Below the pieces are notes generated by a model. The model worked only from the letters and a program-made list of their open reading frames with translations, did not search any database and was not told where the DNA came from. A stretch of 64,000 nt of DNA from Candidatus Enterousia sp. GTDB lineage: Bacteria; Pseudomonadota; Alphaproteobacteria; Rs-D84. Numbering within the stretch: the stretch's first letter is position 1; the number at the start of each line of letters is the position of its first letter. Position numbers and translations under genes: made by a program. Below are positions 53,989 through 63,541 of this stretch, one piece after another. The stretch covers positions 11,519-75,518 of the forward strand of contig JAZRLA010000005.1 of the NCBI GenBank assembly GCA_045646605.1. The letters run 5' to 3'.

Positions 53989-54471
53989 ATGAAAAACAAC
54001 AAATTTAAAAACGTTCTTAAAGTTGGCACATTGTTTGCAATTGGCCTTTTATCACGCACAAATGCAAAGGCCCAAAGCACACCAACATACTACGAAACAC
54101 GTGAACCATGCAAATTTATTAATAATAAATCGCAATTGGTTATCAATCATCGCGACACTTTGCAGGTATACGGTATAAACACAATATATGAACGGGGGCA
54201 AAAAAAAGTTGTTTGCGATTTGGGCCCAGATAAAGCCAAATTAATTTTTGATCCACTCTATTATGCAAATAACCCTTGGTTGCCACCGATTTACAAAGGC
54301 GACACCGTGGCATACAAAATGATACAAAGGGACATCGACCTGGCAGATTTGTTTTACTATTATGAAAACCAAGGCGATGAAAAACAACGTGATTCAGTGG
54401 AAAAAATTATGTTAGAAAACCGTCGGGCACTTGAAGAACGCGCGGTAAACAATTTTAAGAAGCAATACTAA
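53989..54471 (+). CDS. Hypothetical secreted protein (160 aa)
   Basis: AAGGAG RBS and signal peptide MKNNKFKNVLKVGTLFAIGLLSRTNAKA. No recognisable family. Confidence 0.65.
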   Translation: MKNNKFKNVLKVGTLFAIGLLSRTNAKAQSTPTYYETREPCKFINNKSQLVINHRDTLQVYGINTIYERGQKKVVCDLGPDKAKLIFDPLYYANNPWLPPIYKGDTVAYKMIQRDIDLADLFYYYENQGDEKQRDSVEKIMLENRRALEERAVNNFKKQY

Positions 54472-54580
54472 AACATATAATTTTTTGACATACGCCGTAA
54501 ACTGGCATCTGGGGAACATGCGTTCCCCAGGGTTCTTCATCAAACACATGGGAAAAAATTCGTCACCGACCTAAAAAAAG

Positions 54581-54609
54581 TTGAATTTGCGAAAAAAAGC
54601 GTGTATACT
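54581..54609 (+). promoter_or_regulatory. Sigma70-type promoter of tig
   Basis: TTGAAT (54581-54586), a 17-nt spacer, then TATACT (54604-54609). Confidence 0.5.
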
Positions 54610-54641
54610 TGCGCGGAACGTTTCACCCAAAGGAAAATATT

Positions 54642-55952
54642 ATGATCAAAAAAGATAAAATCAAAGATTTACATTATTCTGTGACCGGTTTGCTTACCGC
54701 CGATGAAATACAGGCCGCGGCCGACAAAATTCTTGAAAAATACGGTGCGGATGCAAAAATGCCGGGATTTCGCAAGGGGCACGTGCCATTGACAGTATTG
54801 CGCCAGAAATATAACGCCACCGCAATGGGCGACGCGATTGATAAATTAATGAACGCGGATTTGGAAAAATACGCCACTGACAAGAAAATTCGTCTTGCCG
54901 GCGCGCCGCGCGCGGACGTGTCCAAATGGGAAATTGGCAAAGACGCAGAATATACATTGGAATTCGATATTTTGCCAACACTGCCCGCGATAGATTTGGA
55001 AAAAATCACCGTAACAAAAAAGGTAACCAAATTGCCAGAAAGCGAGGTTGAAACCGCAATTGAAAACCTGCGCCGGGCGCGCAGTGTCGCGGAAAAGCAA
55101 CCCGAAAATTACAAGGCACAAAACGGCGACACCGCGATTATTGACTTTACGGGCTATATGGATGACAAACCATTTGACGGCGGCGCGGCGAAAATGCACC
55201 ACTTGGTATTGGGTTCGGGCGCATTTATTCCGGGATTCGAAGATCAAATTATCGGCCACAAATCGGGCGACGAATTCGATGTCAATGTCAAATTCCCAAA
55301 AGATTACCATGCGGACAACTTGGCGGGCAAGGCCGCCCGATTCGCAATAAAGTTGCATGAGGTTCGAAAACACATCCTGCCGGAACTGAACGATGATTTT
55401 GCGCGTGAAATCGGCCAAGAATCGGTTGAAAAGTTGCGCGAACACATCCGCAATATCTTGAACGAACAATATGAAAACGCCGCGCAATCCGAAATGCGTA
55501 ATGAATTGTTGGACACACTTGTCGATCGGGTAAAACTTGATTTACCGGAAACATTGGTGGCCCAGGAATTACAAATGGCGAAAAACGAACACGAACACCA
55601 CCACGCACATTGTGACGGACATTGCGACGGCGATTGCAAGTTTGACGAGAAAAAAGAACGCAAGGATGCCGAACGCCGCGTCAAATTGGGTCTGATACTG
55701 GCAGAGTGGGGCACACAAAATAAAGTAGAGGTTTCGCGCGACGATTTGCAACAGGCCATTTGGGCGGAGGCATCACGTTACCCGGATCCAAAACAAGTAT
55801 TTGAATTTTATAACAAAAATCCAAACGCACTTACCATGTTGCGCGGAATGATTTTTGAAAGGAAAGCCCTCGACGAAATGCTGACGCATGTAAAGCAAAA
55901 AGAAAAATCGGTCAAACCTGAAGAATTGTTTAAACAGGCATCGGCAAAATAA
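54642..55952 (+). CDS. tig: Trigger factor with a His/Cys-rich insertion
   Basis: The start is taken at MIKKDKIKDLHYSVTG. The ribosome-binding signature is GFRKGHVP and the FKBP-type PPIase region is GDTAIIDFTGYMDDKPFDGG. The C-terminal arm carries EHEHHHAHCDGHCDGDC. Confidence 0.93.
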   Translation: MIKKDKIKDLHYSVTGLLTADEIQAAADKILEKYGADAKMPGFRKGHVPLTVLRQKYNATAMGDAIDKLMNADLEKYATDKKIRLAGAPRADVSKWEIGKDAEYTLEFDILPTLPAIDLEKITVTKKVTKLPESEVETAIENLRRARSVAEKQPENYKAQNGDTAIIDFTGYMDDKPFDGGAAKMHHLVLGSGAFIPGFEDQIIGHKSGDEFDVNVKFPKDYHADNLAGKAARFAIKLHEVRKHILPELNDDFAREIGQESVEKLREHIRNILNEQYENAAQSEMRNELLDTLVDRVKLDLPETLVAQELQMAKNEHEHHHAHCDGHCDGDCKFDEKKERKDAERRVKLGLILAEWGTQNKVEVSRDDLQQAIWAEASRYPDPKQVFEFYNKNPNALTMLRGMIFERKALDEMLTHVKQKEKSVKPEELFKQASAK

Positions 55953-55959
55953 TCAACAC

Positions 55960-55983
55960 ACCGCCCAAATGGGCGGTTTTTTT
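55960..55983. terminator. Bidirectional rho-independent terminator
   Basis: ACCGCCC-AAAT-GGGCGGT followed by T7. It overlaps the stop codon of the convergent Cys-rich gene. Confidence 0.75.
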
Positions 55984-56920
55984 ACGGTTGACACTGTTCT
56001 GTTCCCAACACAAACCTTCCGGTACCATCTTGGTATTCCGCTGTTGTGTTCGGCACGCATTGCGCGAAATTGGTCGCGCCCGTTTGACCATTCGTGGTAA
56101 GCCCATTTCCGCACGAAATGGCACAATCAGTTATATTATTGGTACTTAAATTCGATGGTATACTGTACCCACCTGAATAATAATTCGCTGCCACATCATC
56201 ACAGGCACACACAGAATATTTTTCATTTTGCATACCCGGATTATGACAGACAAGCCCTTCGCCATTAAGATGAATATCGCTTGGACACGCTCCGGCAACA
56301 CAATTTGTACAATAATAGTAGTCCATATTCTCACGATTATCAAAATATACAATGAAATCGTTCTGACTAGATACAATCTGTTGTTGCCCCACGGGGCGTA
56401 AACTATACTTTGCCTGACACTTTAACGACTGAACCTGACTTTCTCCATCGCACCGGCATTCCGAAACATTCCATTTTATCCCGTTCCATTGCGCTTCCCC
56501 CACTTGTGTTTGACAATTTATCGGGTTTGTAACCGTATTAAAACCGTTGCCACTCACCTGAATGCCCCAACCAAATTCAGTACAAGATTTCGTATTTCCA
56601 ACACAGACAAGGTCTTCAAGATGATAATGCTCACTACCCACCGTCTGTCCATCATGATAAAGTTTACAAGATTCCCCCGAACAATCTATCGACCTATAGC
56701 AATCACTTATGGTATTATTACCCGCATCAGATTCTGGATAATCCACGGGACACGCAACACAATGGTAACCCGAAACAGGAACCACCCCCCCCATTTGACA
56801 ATCATGTAAATTATATTGACCTGCGGAACAACTCTGTGGTGTGGCGGTACACGCCGCCCATGCGCCGGGGGCGACACAAACCGCGAGCAGGGCAATAAAA
56901 AACCGGCTATAAAATCCCAA
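55982..56920 (-). CDS. Secreted Cys-rich protein (312 aa)
   Basis: TTG start, with no ATG alternative. Signal peptide FFIALLAVCVAPGAWA. By manual count the mature part has about 24 Cys, in patterns such as GYHCVACPVDYPES...ISDCY and YYCTNCVAGACPSD. Confidence 0.75.
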   Translation of the reverse strand: MGFYSRFFIALLAVCVAPGAWAACTATPQSCSAGQYNLHDCQMGGVVPVSGYHCVACPVDYPESDAGNNTISDCYRSIDCSGESCKLYHDGQTVGSEHYHLEDLVCVGNTKSCTEFGWGIQVSGNGFNTVTNPINCQTQVGEAQWNGIKWNVSECRCDGESQVQSLKCQAKYSLRPVGQQQIVSSQNDFIVYFDNRENMDYYYCTNCVAGACPSDIHLNGEGLVCHNPGMQNEKYSVCACDDVAANYYSGGYSIPSNLSTNNITDCAISCGNGLTTNGQTGATNFAQCVPNTTAEYQDGTGRFVLGTEQCQP

Positions 56921-57199
56921 TTTGATTCAATCCTTTCTGCATTAAATTATACCACCGCCACCACCCCCGCGCAAGCGCAAAACAAATCTCAATCGGTTTT
57001 CATCGGGCCACTTTCACCAATACAAAAAAATTTTTTTCATACCGATTTATAATAAATACAAACAGTTACCGATGAAAAATTACCCCGGCACAAAAAAATG
57101 ACAATTTTTTCCGTTTTCTCCCTTGCATCCGCAAAATGATTTTTAGTAGACTGAACCCAAGAAGGAGAAGTTTTTCCAGAAAAACAGCGGGAATAGGGG

Positions 57200-58015
57200 A
57201 TGTTTCATAGGAACAAATTGATATTATTGTTCATGGTATCGTTGCCTGCGACGGTGCCTTTTGCGGCATATTCGGACCCGCCCCAGTCCATAAGTGACAT
57301 GAGGATCATCGCATCCAAGGCCTATGTCGATACGAAACAGGATATGATTTCCGCCACAACCAACACATACACATACGACGAAACGAATCGACCGACGGCG
57401 GACGGGTCCGTGGTTACAACCACAACAACCGCCGGCACCACCGGTCAACGTGGTATTGCGACGGCACCCGTATCCGATGGCAACGGCGGATACAGCAACG
57501 GCAATTGGTTGCCGACCGTTGGTGCGATGATGAACGCGATTAACGCTCACACCCCAACCGGAACACAAAACACAATTGCAAACTATGGCGCAAATGGCGC
57601 ATTGGGTTCGGGTATCGCGACATACGATGGTTCGGGAACATACGCCCCGGCAACCGATGCGGGCAAAATCGCCACCGCCGCCGCGGTTGAAACAAAACAA
57701 AATAAAATTGCGGCCGGAACATCGGGCAATGTTGTAACCTATACCGGCACGGCGGGCAGTGTAGGTTCGGTCGCGGTGGCCAGTGCACCATCATACACCG
57801 GGAACACCCTGAATAACGGCGGTTCATTGGCCAACATCACCGCCGTCGAAACAAAGGTTTCCAAAACGCAATCTACTGGATATCAGGTTTTGACCACGGG
57901 CACGTCTGGAACGGTAACACCGGATTATTTGGCGGTTCCCGTGACTACATCTGGCTCTGGCCGCCCAACCAACAACAACACACCAACATCTGCGGCGGCC
58001 ATCTGGATAGAATAG
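57200..58015 (+). CDS. Secreted Thr/Gly/Ala-rich protein (271 aa)
   Basis: Signal peptide MFHRNKLILLFMVSLPATVPFAAYS. ASKAYVDTKQD and a repeated AVETK motif give it a fibre-like composition. No recognisable family. Confidence 0.7.
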   Translation: MFHRNKLILLFMVSLPATVPFAAYSDPPQSISDMRIIASKAYVDTKQDMISATTNTYTYDETNRPTADGSVVTTTTTAGTTGQRGIATAPVSDGNGGYSNGNWLPTVGAMMNAINAHTPTGTQNTIANYGANGALGSGIATYDGSGTYAPATDAGKIATAAAVETKQNKIAAGTSGNVVTYTGTAGSVGSVAVASAPSYTGNTLNNGGSLANITAVETKVSKTQSTGYQVLTTGTSGTVTPDYLAVPVTTSGSGRPTNNNTPTSAAAIWIE

Positions 58016-58209
58016 GGCGTTTTTAACCAAATTTTAAAGCACACACAACAAAAAAACACTCCGAAAGCCGCAGAAAACCGGCTTTTTTCGTGTTTTGCGC
58101 CCAAAAATAGGGCAAAATAGGGCCATTTTCACGCTTTTTCAGAATAATATTGCCGTCATACCCCACGATGTTACCAAATTCGATGACAGAAAACTTATTC
58201 CAGAAAGAC

Positions 58210-58359
58210 GTCACACCGCTGAAGAGCGGTGCCCAGACCGAGCGTAAGCAAGGGCTTGCCCCGCAGGGAATTTTTCATTTAAAAATTTGGGTGTCTGCGA
58301 CGCAGTCGCGGCATTTGCTTCGCAAAGCCGGATAGATCCCGGCCTTCGCCGGGATGACG
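58210..58359. repeat. ~155-nt composite hairpin repeat, copy 2 of 2
   Basis: Same ordered blocks as 27770-27927. The first 27 nt (GTCACACCGCTGAAGAGCGGTGCCCAG) are identical. Confidence 0.8.
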
Positions 58360-58416
58360 CGACCTCTGGAAATCATCGCATTATTACGGTAATCTTGTCA
58401 TCGAATTTAGTAACAG

Positions 58417-58606
58417 TATAGTTTTGTATGCGCCAGCATATAAAACAATTTCACGACATATAAACATATTCATAGCAGCATACAAAACATTTCCACCCAT
58501 ATTATGTATAGGTTTATGTGCGCCAGCATATAAAACACGAGAAAGGAATTTATTATTGTGGGGCACCCATATTATGTATAGGTTTATGTGCGCCAGCATA
58601 TAAAAC
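58417..58606. repeat. Direct repeats (two perfect 43-nt copies plus one partial copy) with an imperfect-dyad core
   Basis: CACCCATATTATGTATAGGTTTATGTGCGCCAGCATATAAAAC occurs at 58494-58536 and at 58564-58606, and a partial copy lies at 58417-58446. The core is TTATGTGC-GCCA-GCATATAA. Confidence 0.85.
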
Positions 58607-58676
58607 TATACATAATATATATTATGCGCCTTTTATATATTCATTTACACATCCGCTTTTTATAACAAAAATAACC

Positions 58677-59741
58677 CTATTCCATTGCGGCCAAACGTTC
58701 CAACTGGTCCGCGGCAATCAGCGCATCAATCATTTCATCAAGCCCTTCGCCACCCGCCAAAATATCGTCCAATTTATAAAGAGTCAGTTTAATACGATGA
58801 TCCGTCACGCGCTGTTCCGGAAAATTATAGGTGCGTATTTTCTCGCTGCGATCGCCGGAACCAACCATACTGCGCCGCGAAGATGTGCGCGCCGCGTCCT
58901 GCTCTGCCCGCTGTTTTTCGTACAATTTGGACCGCAAAACCGCCATAGCCGTGGCCTTGTTTTGAATTTGGCTGCGTTCATTTTGGCACGTCACAACAAT
59001 TCCCGTTGGAAAATGCGTGATGCGCACCGCACTGTCGGTCTTGTTCACGTGCTGGCCGCCCGCCCCCGACGCACGAAAAACATCAATACGAATATCTTTT
59101 TCTTCGATTGCGACGTCTATATCCGCCGCTTCGGGCATAACGGCAACCGAAACCGCACTGGTATGAATACGACCGCCCGCCTCTGTTTCCGGAACGCGTT
59201 GCACCCGATGGATGCCAGATTCAAATTTCATGCGCGCATAAACGCCATCGCCATCGATTTTGAATATAATTTCCTTGTACCCGTGCAACGACGTCGCATT
59301 TTCTTCGATAATTTCAATCTTCCACCCATGCCGCAGTGCATAGGATTTATACTGATTAAACAAATCCCCGGCAAAAAGCGCAGATTCTTCGCCCCCCACC
59401 CCCGCGCGAATTTCCATAATCGCACTATTGTCGTCCGCATCGTCCCGTGGGAGCAAGGCAATCTGTAGCCGTTTTTCTATATCAGGCAAGGCATGTTTAA
59501 GATTTTCCAACTGTTCAACCGCAATGTCGCGCAATTCCGGGTCATGCTGCATTTCGGTCGCATCGGCAATACCCTGCTTTGTTTGAAAATATTCATCCAC
59601 CAGCGGCAAAATTTCCGCCACATGCGAATACTCTTTGGACAATTTCGTCAATTCCGCACCCGAAACATCACCCGAATTCATTTGCGCCTGAATATCGGCG
59701 GCGCGTTTTTTTATGTCCAATAATTTCTGGTCAATTATCAT
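58677..59741 (-). CDS. prfA: Peptide chain release factor 1
   Basis: GGQ motif ([19 protein letters not shown]) and a PxT-type tripeptide ([17 protein letters not shown]). Confidence 0.96.
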   Translation of the reverse strand: MIIDQKLLDIKKRAADIQAQMNSGDVSGAELTKLSKEYSHVAEILPLVDEYFQTKQGIADATEMQHDPELRDIAVEQLENLKHALPDIEKRLQIALLPRDDADDNSAIMEIRAGVGGEESALFAGDLFNQYKSYALRHGWKIEIIEENATSLHGYKEIIFKIDGDGVYARMKFESGIHRVQRVPETEAGGRIHTSAVSVAVMPEAADIDVAIEEKDIRIDVFRASGAGGQHVNKTDSAVRITHFPTGIVVTCQNERSQIQNKATAMAVLRSKLYEKQRAEQDAARTSSRRSMVGSGDRSEKIRTYNFPEQRVTDHRIKLTLYKLDDILAGGEGLDEMIDALIAADQLERLAAME

Positions 59742-61048
59742 TTTTTTGCGCCCCCGGTCACCAATTTAATCGCGTCCGCGACCGACAAAGTTTGTTGTTC
59801 GCCCGTTGCCATGTCTTTTACCGACACTTGCTTATTTTTAACTTCATCTTCGCCAATTATCATACTGTATTTAGCCATAATTTTATCAGCGTATTCAATT
59901 TGATTTTTGAATTTTTTATCCGTATCTAAATACGCAACAGACGGTATTTTTGCCGCCCGCAAAGCACTTTCGACCGTCAGTGCATATTGCAAGTTATCAT
60001 CGCCCATAACAAGGATAGCGACATCAATCGGCCGCTGCCACCGCGACAAGTCAATAGCACCAGATTCCATCAAAGCAACAAAGATTCGCGAAAACCCGAT
60101 TGCCGCGCCAACCCCTATTATTTTGGTCTTGCTAAACTTTTCAACCAAGTCCGCATAACGACCACCGCCGGCCGCAGTTTGTAACTCTGGATGATCTGTC
60201 AATTTAAACTCGAAAACAAGCCCCGTATAATATGCCAAACCACGCGCAATGGACAAATCGATTTCAGCATTTTTTACACCGAATTGTTTCAATTTTTCCA
60301 TAAATCCGGTGAGTTCTGAAATCGCAGTATCTAACTTATCAGATTTGTTTAAAAACTTTTCATAACCACTAATAAACACTGATTTTATTTCGTTTTCAAC
60401 TTTTTTATTTTTAAGCGTATCACTAAGCCCCAAAGCAAATTCTTCTTCACCCATTTTATCGCGTTTGTCAACAAGCACAAATACCTCTTTCCTTTGCTTA
60501 GAATCAAGTTTCAAATAATCAAACAGCGCATCCCAAAATGGTCGCGATCCAATCCTAACATAATTATCGCCAATAAATTCCGACACAGAATTCAGTGTTT
60601 GTTGAATTACCGATATAATTTCCGCATCATAATTTATGGACAAAGTATTAATACCCATAATATCCATGTCCATTTGATAAAATTCACGATAACGCCCACG
60701 CTGACGCCGTTCACCACGATAGCGTTTTGAAAACTGGCTTGCCCTAAATGGAAAAACCAAATCATTCAGATGACCCGCAACAAAACGCGAAAGCCCGACC
60801 GTTCCGTCATACCGCAGGCCCATTTTCGTGTCACCATACTGAAACAAAAACATTTGCGTTTCAATCTCATCCCAATTGTCTTTGTCAGACAAAACTTCGG
60901 CTCGCTCTATGGCTGGCAAATCCAACAAAGAAAATCCCGCAATGCGTAAAACTTCCTGCATCCGGCGGGCACATTCGTCAAAGCATCGTTGCTGGGCCGG
61001 TAATAATTCTATGAATCCTGATAAAGGTTTTGTTGGTTTCAAATCCAT
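59738..61048 (-). CDS. hisS: Histidyl-tRNA synthetase (class II)
   Basis: Motif 2 is [19 protein letters not shown] and motif 3 is GGGRYADL. It has a C-terminal anticodon-binding fold and overlaps the prfA start by 4 nt. Confidence 0.9.
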   Translation of the reverse strand: MDLKPTKPLSGFIELLPAQQRCFDECARRMQEVLRIAGFSLLDLPAIERAEVLSDKDNWDEIETQMFLFQYGDTKMGLRYDGTVGLSRFVAGHLNDLVFPFRASQFSKRYRGERRQRGRYREFYQMDMDIMGINTLSINYDAEIISVIQQTLNSVSEFIGDNYVRIGSRPFWDALFDYLKLDSKQRKEVFVLVDKRDKMGEEEFALGLSDTLKNKKVENEIKSVFISGYEKFLNKSDKLDTAISELTGFMEKLKQFGVKNAEIDLSIARGLAYYTGLVFEFKLTDHPELQTAAGGGRYADLVEKFSKTKIIGVGAAIGFSRIFVALMESGAIDLSRWQRPIDVAILVMGDDNLQYALTVESALRAAKIPSVAYLDTDKKFKNQIEYADKIMAKYSMIIGEDEVKNKQVSVKDMATGEQQTLSVADAIKLVTGGAKK

Positions 61049-61307
61049 TTTATTTCCCCTATTCTATTTTATTACATGGTTGATTGGGCATTCGCCCGCC
61101 GATTTATTTGAAAATATAGCTAATACCGCACACCCAAACGGGCGTGATGGATCGCGAAAAAGAAACCTTTTTGAATCATCATGCAACGATTATACACAAA
61201 CCCTATGGATTTTTCAATATATTTTTCTTGCTTTCTTACACAATTATTGATACTTTAACCGCACAGATCGGGAGAGGATGTTTATAGAGTCACAAAAAGG
61301 AACTAAA

Positions 61308-62099
61308 ATGGCAAATTCATTCGAAATCCCGACAATCTATGTTCATAGATTAAATAATAAACCATGTGGTAGTTTTGGTGACTATCCACTTTTAGATACA
61401 AACGACATGAATAAACCATATCCATTAGGCGGTATCCATGGCCACCATACCATCAAAGATCTTGTTTTTGGACCCTATATTGATTTTTCTGCAATATTCG
61501 GTAAAACCGAAGCCGATGACTTACCCACCCGGTCTATTGACGACATTCTTTTGGTACAAGATGCGAACGAAATTATAATTTATGATCGGCACTACCATCT
61601 CGGTTCAGAACACAAGACACTTAATGAAATCAACTGGCTTGATATAACAGATTACAGAAGAAATCTAATAATTTTTAAACCTGTATTAAAATTGCCCGCC
61701 AAATTTAAAGAGTTTAAAGGTTTATCCTGGTCGCCCACAACAAAAAATTCGGTACCCATTACACCCACCCAAACCCAATTCGAAATAGATGTTATAAATC
61801 TGATTGAAGATAACGGTTTTGGCCACATGCCGGTTAGCAGATTTTTAGTCCCAACATCACCAGAATACAAGCAATTTGATTCTAGTTTTTTATTTAAAAG
61901 ACGCGATAGTGGTTATTCCTGGGCATTATTGGATAGTATCAACAACACATTTAAGCAAATCCATTACCAGGTCGGCACTTATACACACGAATCCAAAACA
62001 CTTAACAAATCAGAACTTGCGCGATATATCGAATACGCAAAAAACCAGCGCGAAGAATTTTTTAAACGCCACTACAGCCATTGCCACAGCAAAAGATAA
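61308..62099 (+). CDS. Hypothetical cytoplasmic protein (263 aa)
   Basis: The start is taken at MANSFEIPTIYVH (AAAGGA RBS). The gene is AT-rich by eye and belongs to no recognisable family. Confidence 0.6.
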   Translation: MANSFEIPTIYVHRLNNKPCGSFGDYPLLDTNDMNKPYPLGGIHGHHTIKDLVFGPYIDFSAIFGKTEADDLPTRSIDDILLVQDANEIIIYDRHYHLGSEHKTLNEINWLDITDYRRNLIIFKPVLKLPAKFKEFKGLSWSPTTKNSVPITPTQTQFEIDVINLIEDNGFGHMPVSRFLVPTSPEYKQFDSSFLFKRRDSGYSWALLDSINNTFKQIHYQVGTYTHESKTLNKSELARYIEYAKNQREEFFKRHYSHCHSKR

Positions 62100-62104
62100 C
62101 CGTC

Positions 62105-62129
62105 ACCGCCCACTTTGGGCGGTATTTTT
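62105..62129. terminator. Bidirectional rho-independent terminator
   Basis: ACCGCCC-ACTTT-GGGCGGT followed by ATTTTT. Confidence 0.7.
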
Positions 62130-62745
62130 AACTCCTTTTCCGCCCCAGCCTGATTTGATGGTGCAAATTCAGTAGTTTAAGGAACATATAAACATCTATG
62201 GCCGCGTAAAGCAGCAAGAATATCGCCAAACACACAACCAAAAAACCGCCCGTAATCGTCGGGAATATCAGCATCAACGCCGACAACACAACCATCACCG
62301 CCGCCACAATCAAATCAACACGATAGTATCCAAACCCTATGCGCAACATATTTATCGCAAAAAACAACATCCGCAACGCATTCAGCAAGAACAGCACCGC
62401 AAACACATATATCAGCCCCACCGCCGCATCATGCGGATAGACACAAAACACCACACCCAAAATCAATGTCACCAGCCCAAAAAACACATCATAAGTTCCA
62501 ATACTGAACCCCAAATTCGAAACAAAAACCATACTAACGCGATACAGCCCGAACACAACCAACGCCGCACCGATTATAAATGTCAGAACCGACAGGAATT
62601 CAACCGGTCGCGCCAACATTAAGATGCCGGCGACTGTGAACAAAATCGCCTCGCCCACCAACAGGGGTGCGGTATTACGATAAATTCGTTTAATAACTTC
62701 GCCAATCTTTTCACGCCGGGTTCCCGGAATAAAGCCAATTTGCAT
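62128..62745 (-). CDS. Polytopic membrane protein (205 aa; tentatively DUF308/HdeD-like)
   Basis: GAGGTG RBS and six hydrophobic segments with repeated G....L..G spacing. The family assignment is tentative. Confidence 0.65.
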   Translation of the reverse strand: MQIGFIPGTRREKIGEVIKRIYRNTAPLLVGEAILFTVAGILMLARPVEFLSVLTFIIGAALVVFGLYRVSMVFVSNLGFSIGTYDVFFGLVTLILGVVFCVYPHDAAVGLIYVFAVLFLLNALRMLFFAINMLRIGFGYYRVDLIVAAVMVVLSALMLIFPTITGGFLVVCLAIFLLLYAAIDVYMFLKLLNLHHQIRLGRKRS

Positions 62746-62800
62746 ATTTCACCTCGCCTTTCGTGGCGTATTCTATCATATTTCCACACCCCAATGCAAC

Positions 62801-63541
62801 ATGAATAAATACACAAAAACTTTGTTGCAAGGTGACACGCGCCATATTATATTAAAAGACATGAAATACACAGATGCACATTGTCATATCTTTACCGCGC
62901 CGGTGGATAGCGCCATTGCCATGCAAATCTGTAACGCCGCAACCGTGACTGATTGGGAAAAACTGACCAGAATTGTGGACGACCGCACACATGTCTGCAT
63001 CGGAATTCACCCGTGGCATATTGATTCCGCAACGCCTGATTGGGCGGATTGCATGCGCGAAATCCTGTTGTCAAATCCACAAATTATGGTTGGCGAAATT
63101 GGAATTGATAAATATCACCCGAATATGGAACGCCAGATTGAATTTTTTACACGGCAAATTGAAATCGCAATTGAGTTTAACCGCCCGTCGCATCTGCACT
63201 GCGTTGGTGCATGGGACAAAGTGTTACACATATTAAAAACGCACCGTCCGCACATTCCGATTGTCGCGCACGCATTCGGTGGAAACGCAGAGATCATGAC
63301 CGAACTTTCCAAACACAACTCTTATTTTTCGTATGGCGTGCGGGACGGTCACATAAATGACACAGCAAAAATTGTGCCATTGGACAAAATCTTGGTCGAA
63401 AGCGATTGTGATACACCGGCCACGCAGACCGAAATTCTGGCAACCGCCACACGCGAAATTGCGAAACTGCGCGGATGCGATGTGCGCGAATTAAACGAAC
63501 AAATCAACAAAAATTTCACGGGGGTTATAAACTATGCCTGA
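62801..63541 (+). CDS. tatD: TatD-family metal-dependent hydrolase
   Basis: The metal-ligand contexts DAHCHI, VGEIGID, HLHCV, AHAFGG and ESDCD occur in the canonical order. Confidence 0.88.
   Translation: MNKYTKTLLQGDTRHIILKDMKYTDAHCHIFTAPVDSAIAMQICNAATVTDWEKLTRIVDDRTHVCIGIHPWHIDSATPDWADCMREILLSNPQIMVGEIGIDKYHPNMERQIEFFTRQIEIAIEFNRPSHLHCVGAWDKVLHILKTHRPHIPIVAHAFGGNAEIMTELSKHNSYFSYGVRDGHINDTAKIVPLDKILVESDCDTPATQTEILATATREIAKLRGCDVRELNEQINKNFTGVINYA

Noticed and set aside
58417-58606. Possible CRISPR array, given 43-nt direct repeats with short spacers.
   Set aside because: There are only two perfect copies and one partial copy, the spacers are unequal (47 and 27 nt), the sequence between repeats contains a further degenerate repeat, and there are no cas genes in the window. 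It is better described as iteron- or operator-like repeats.
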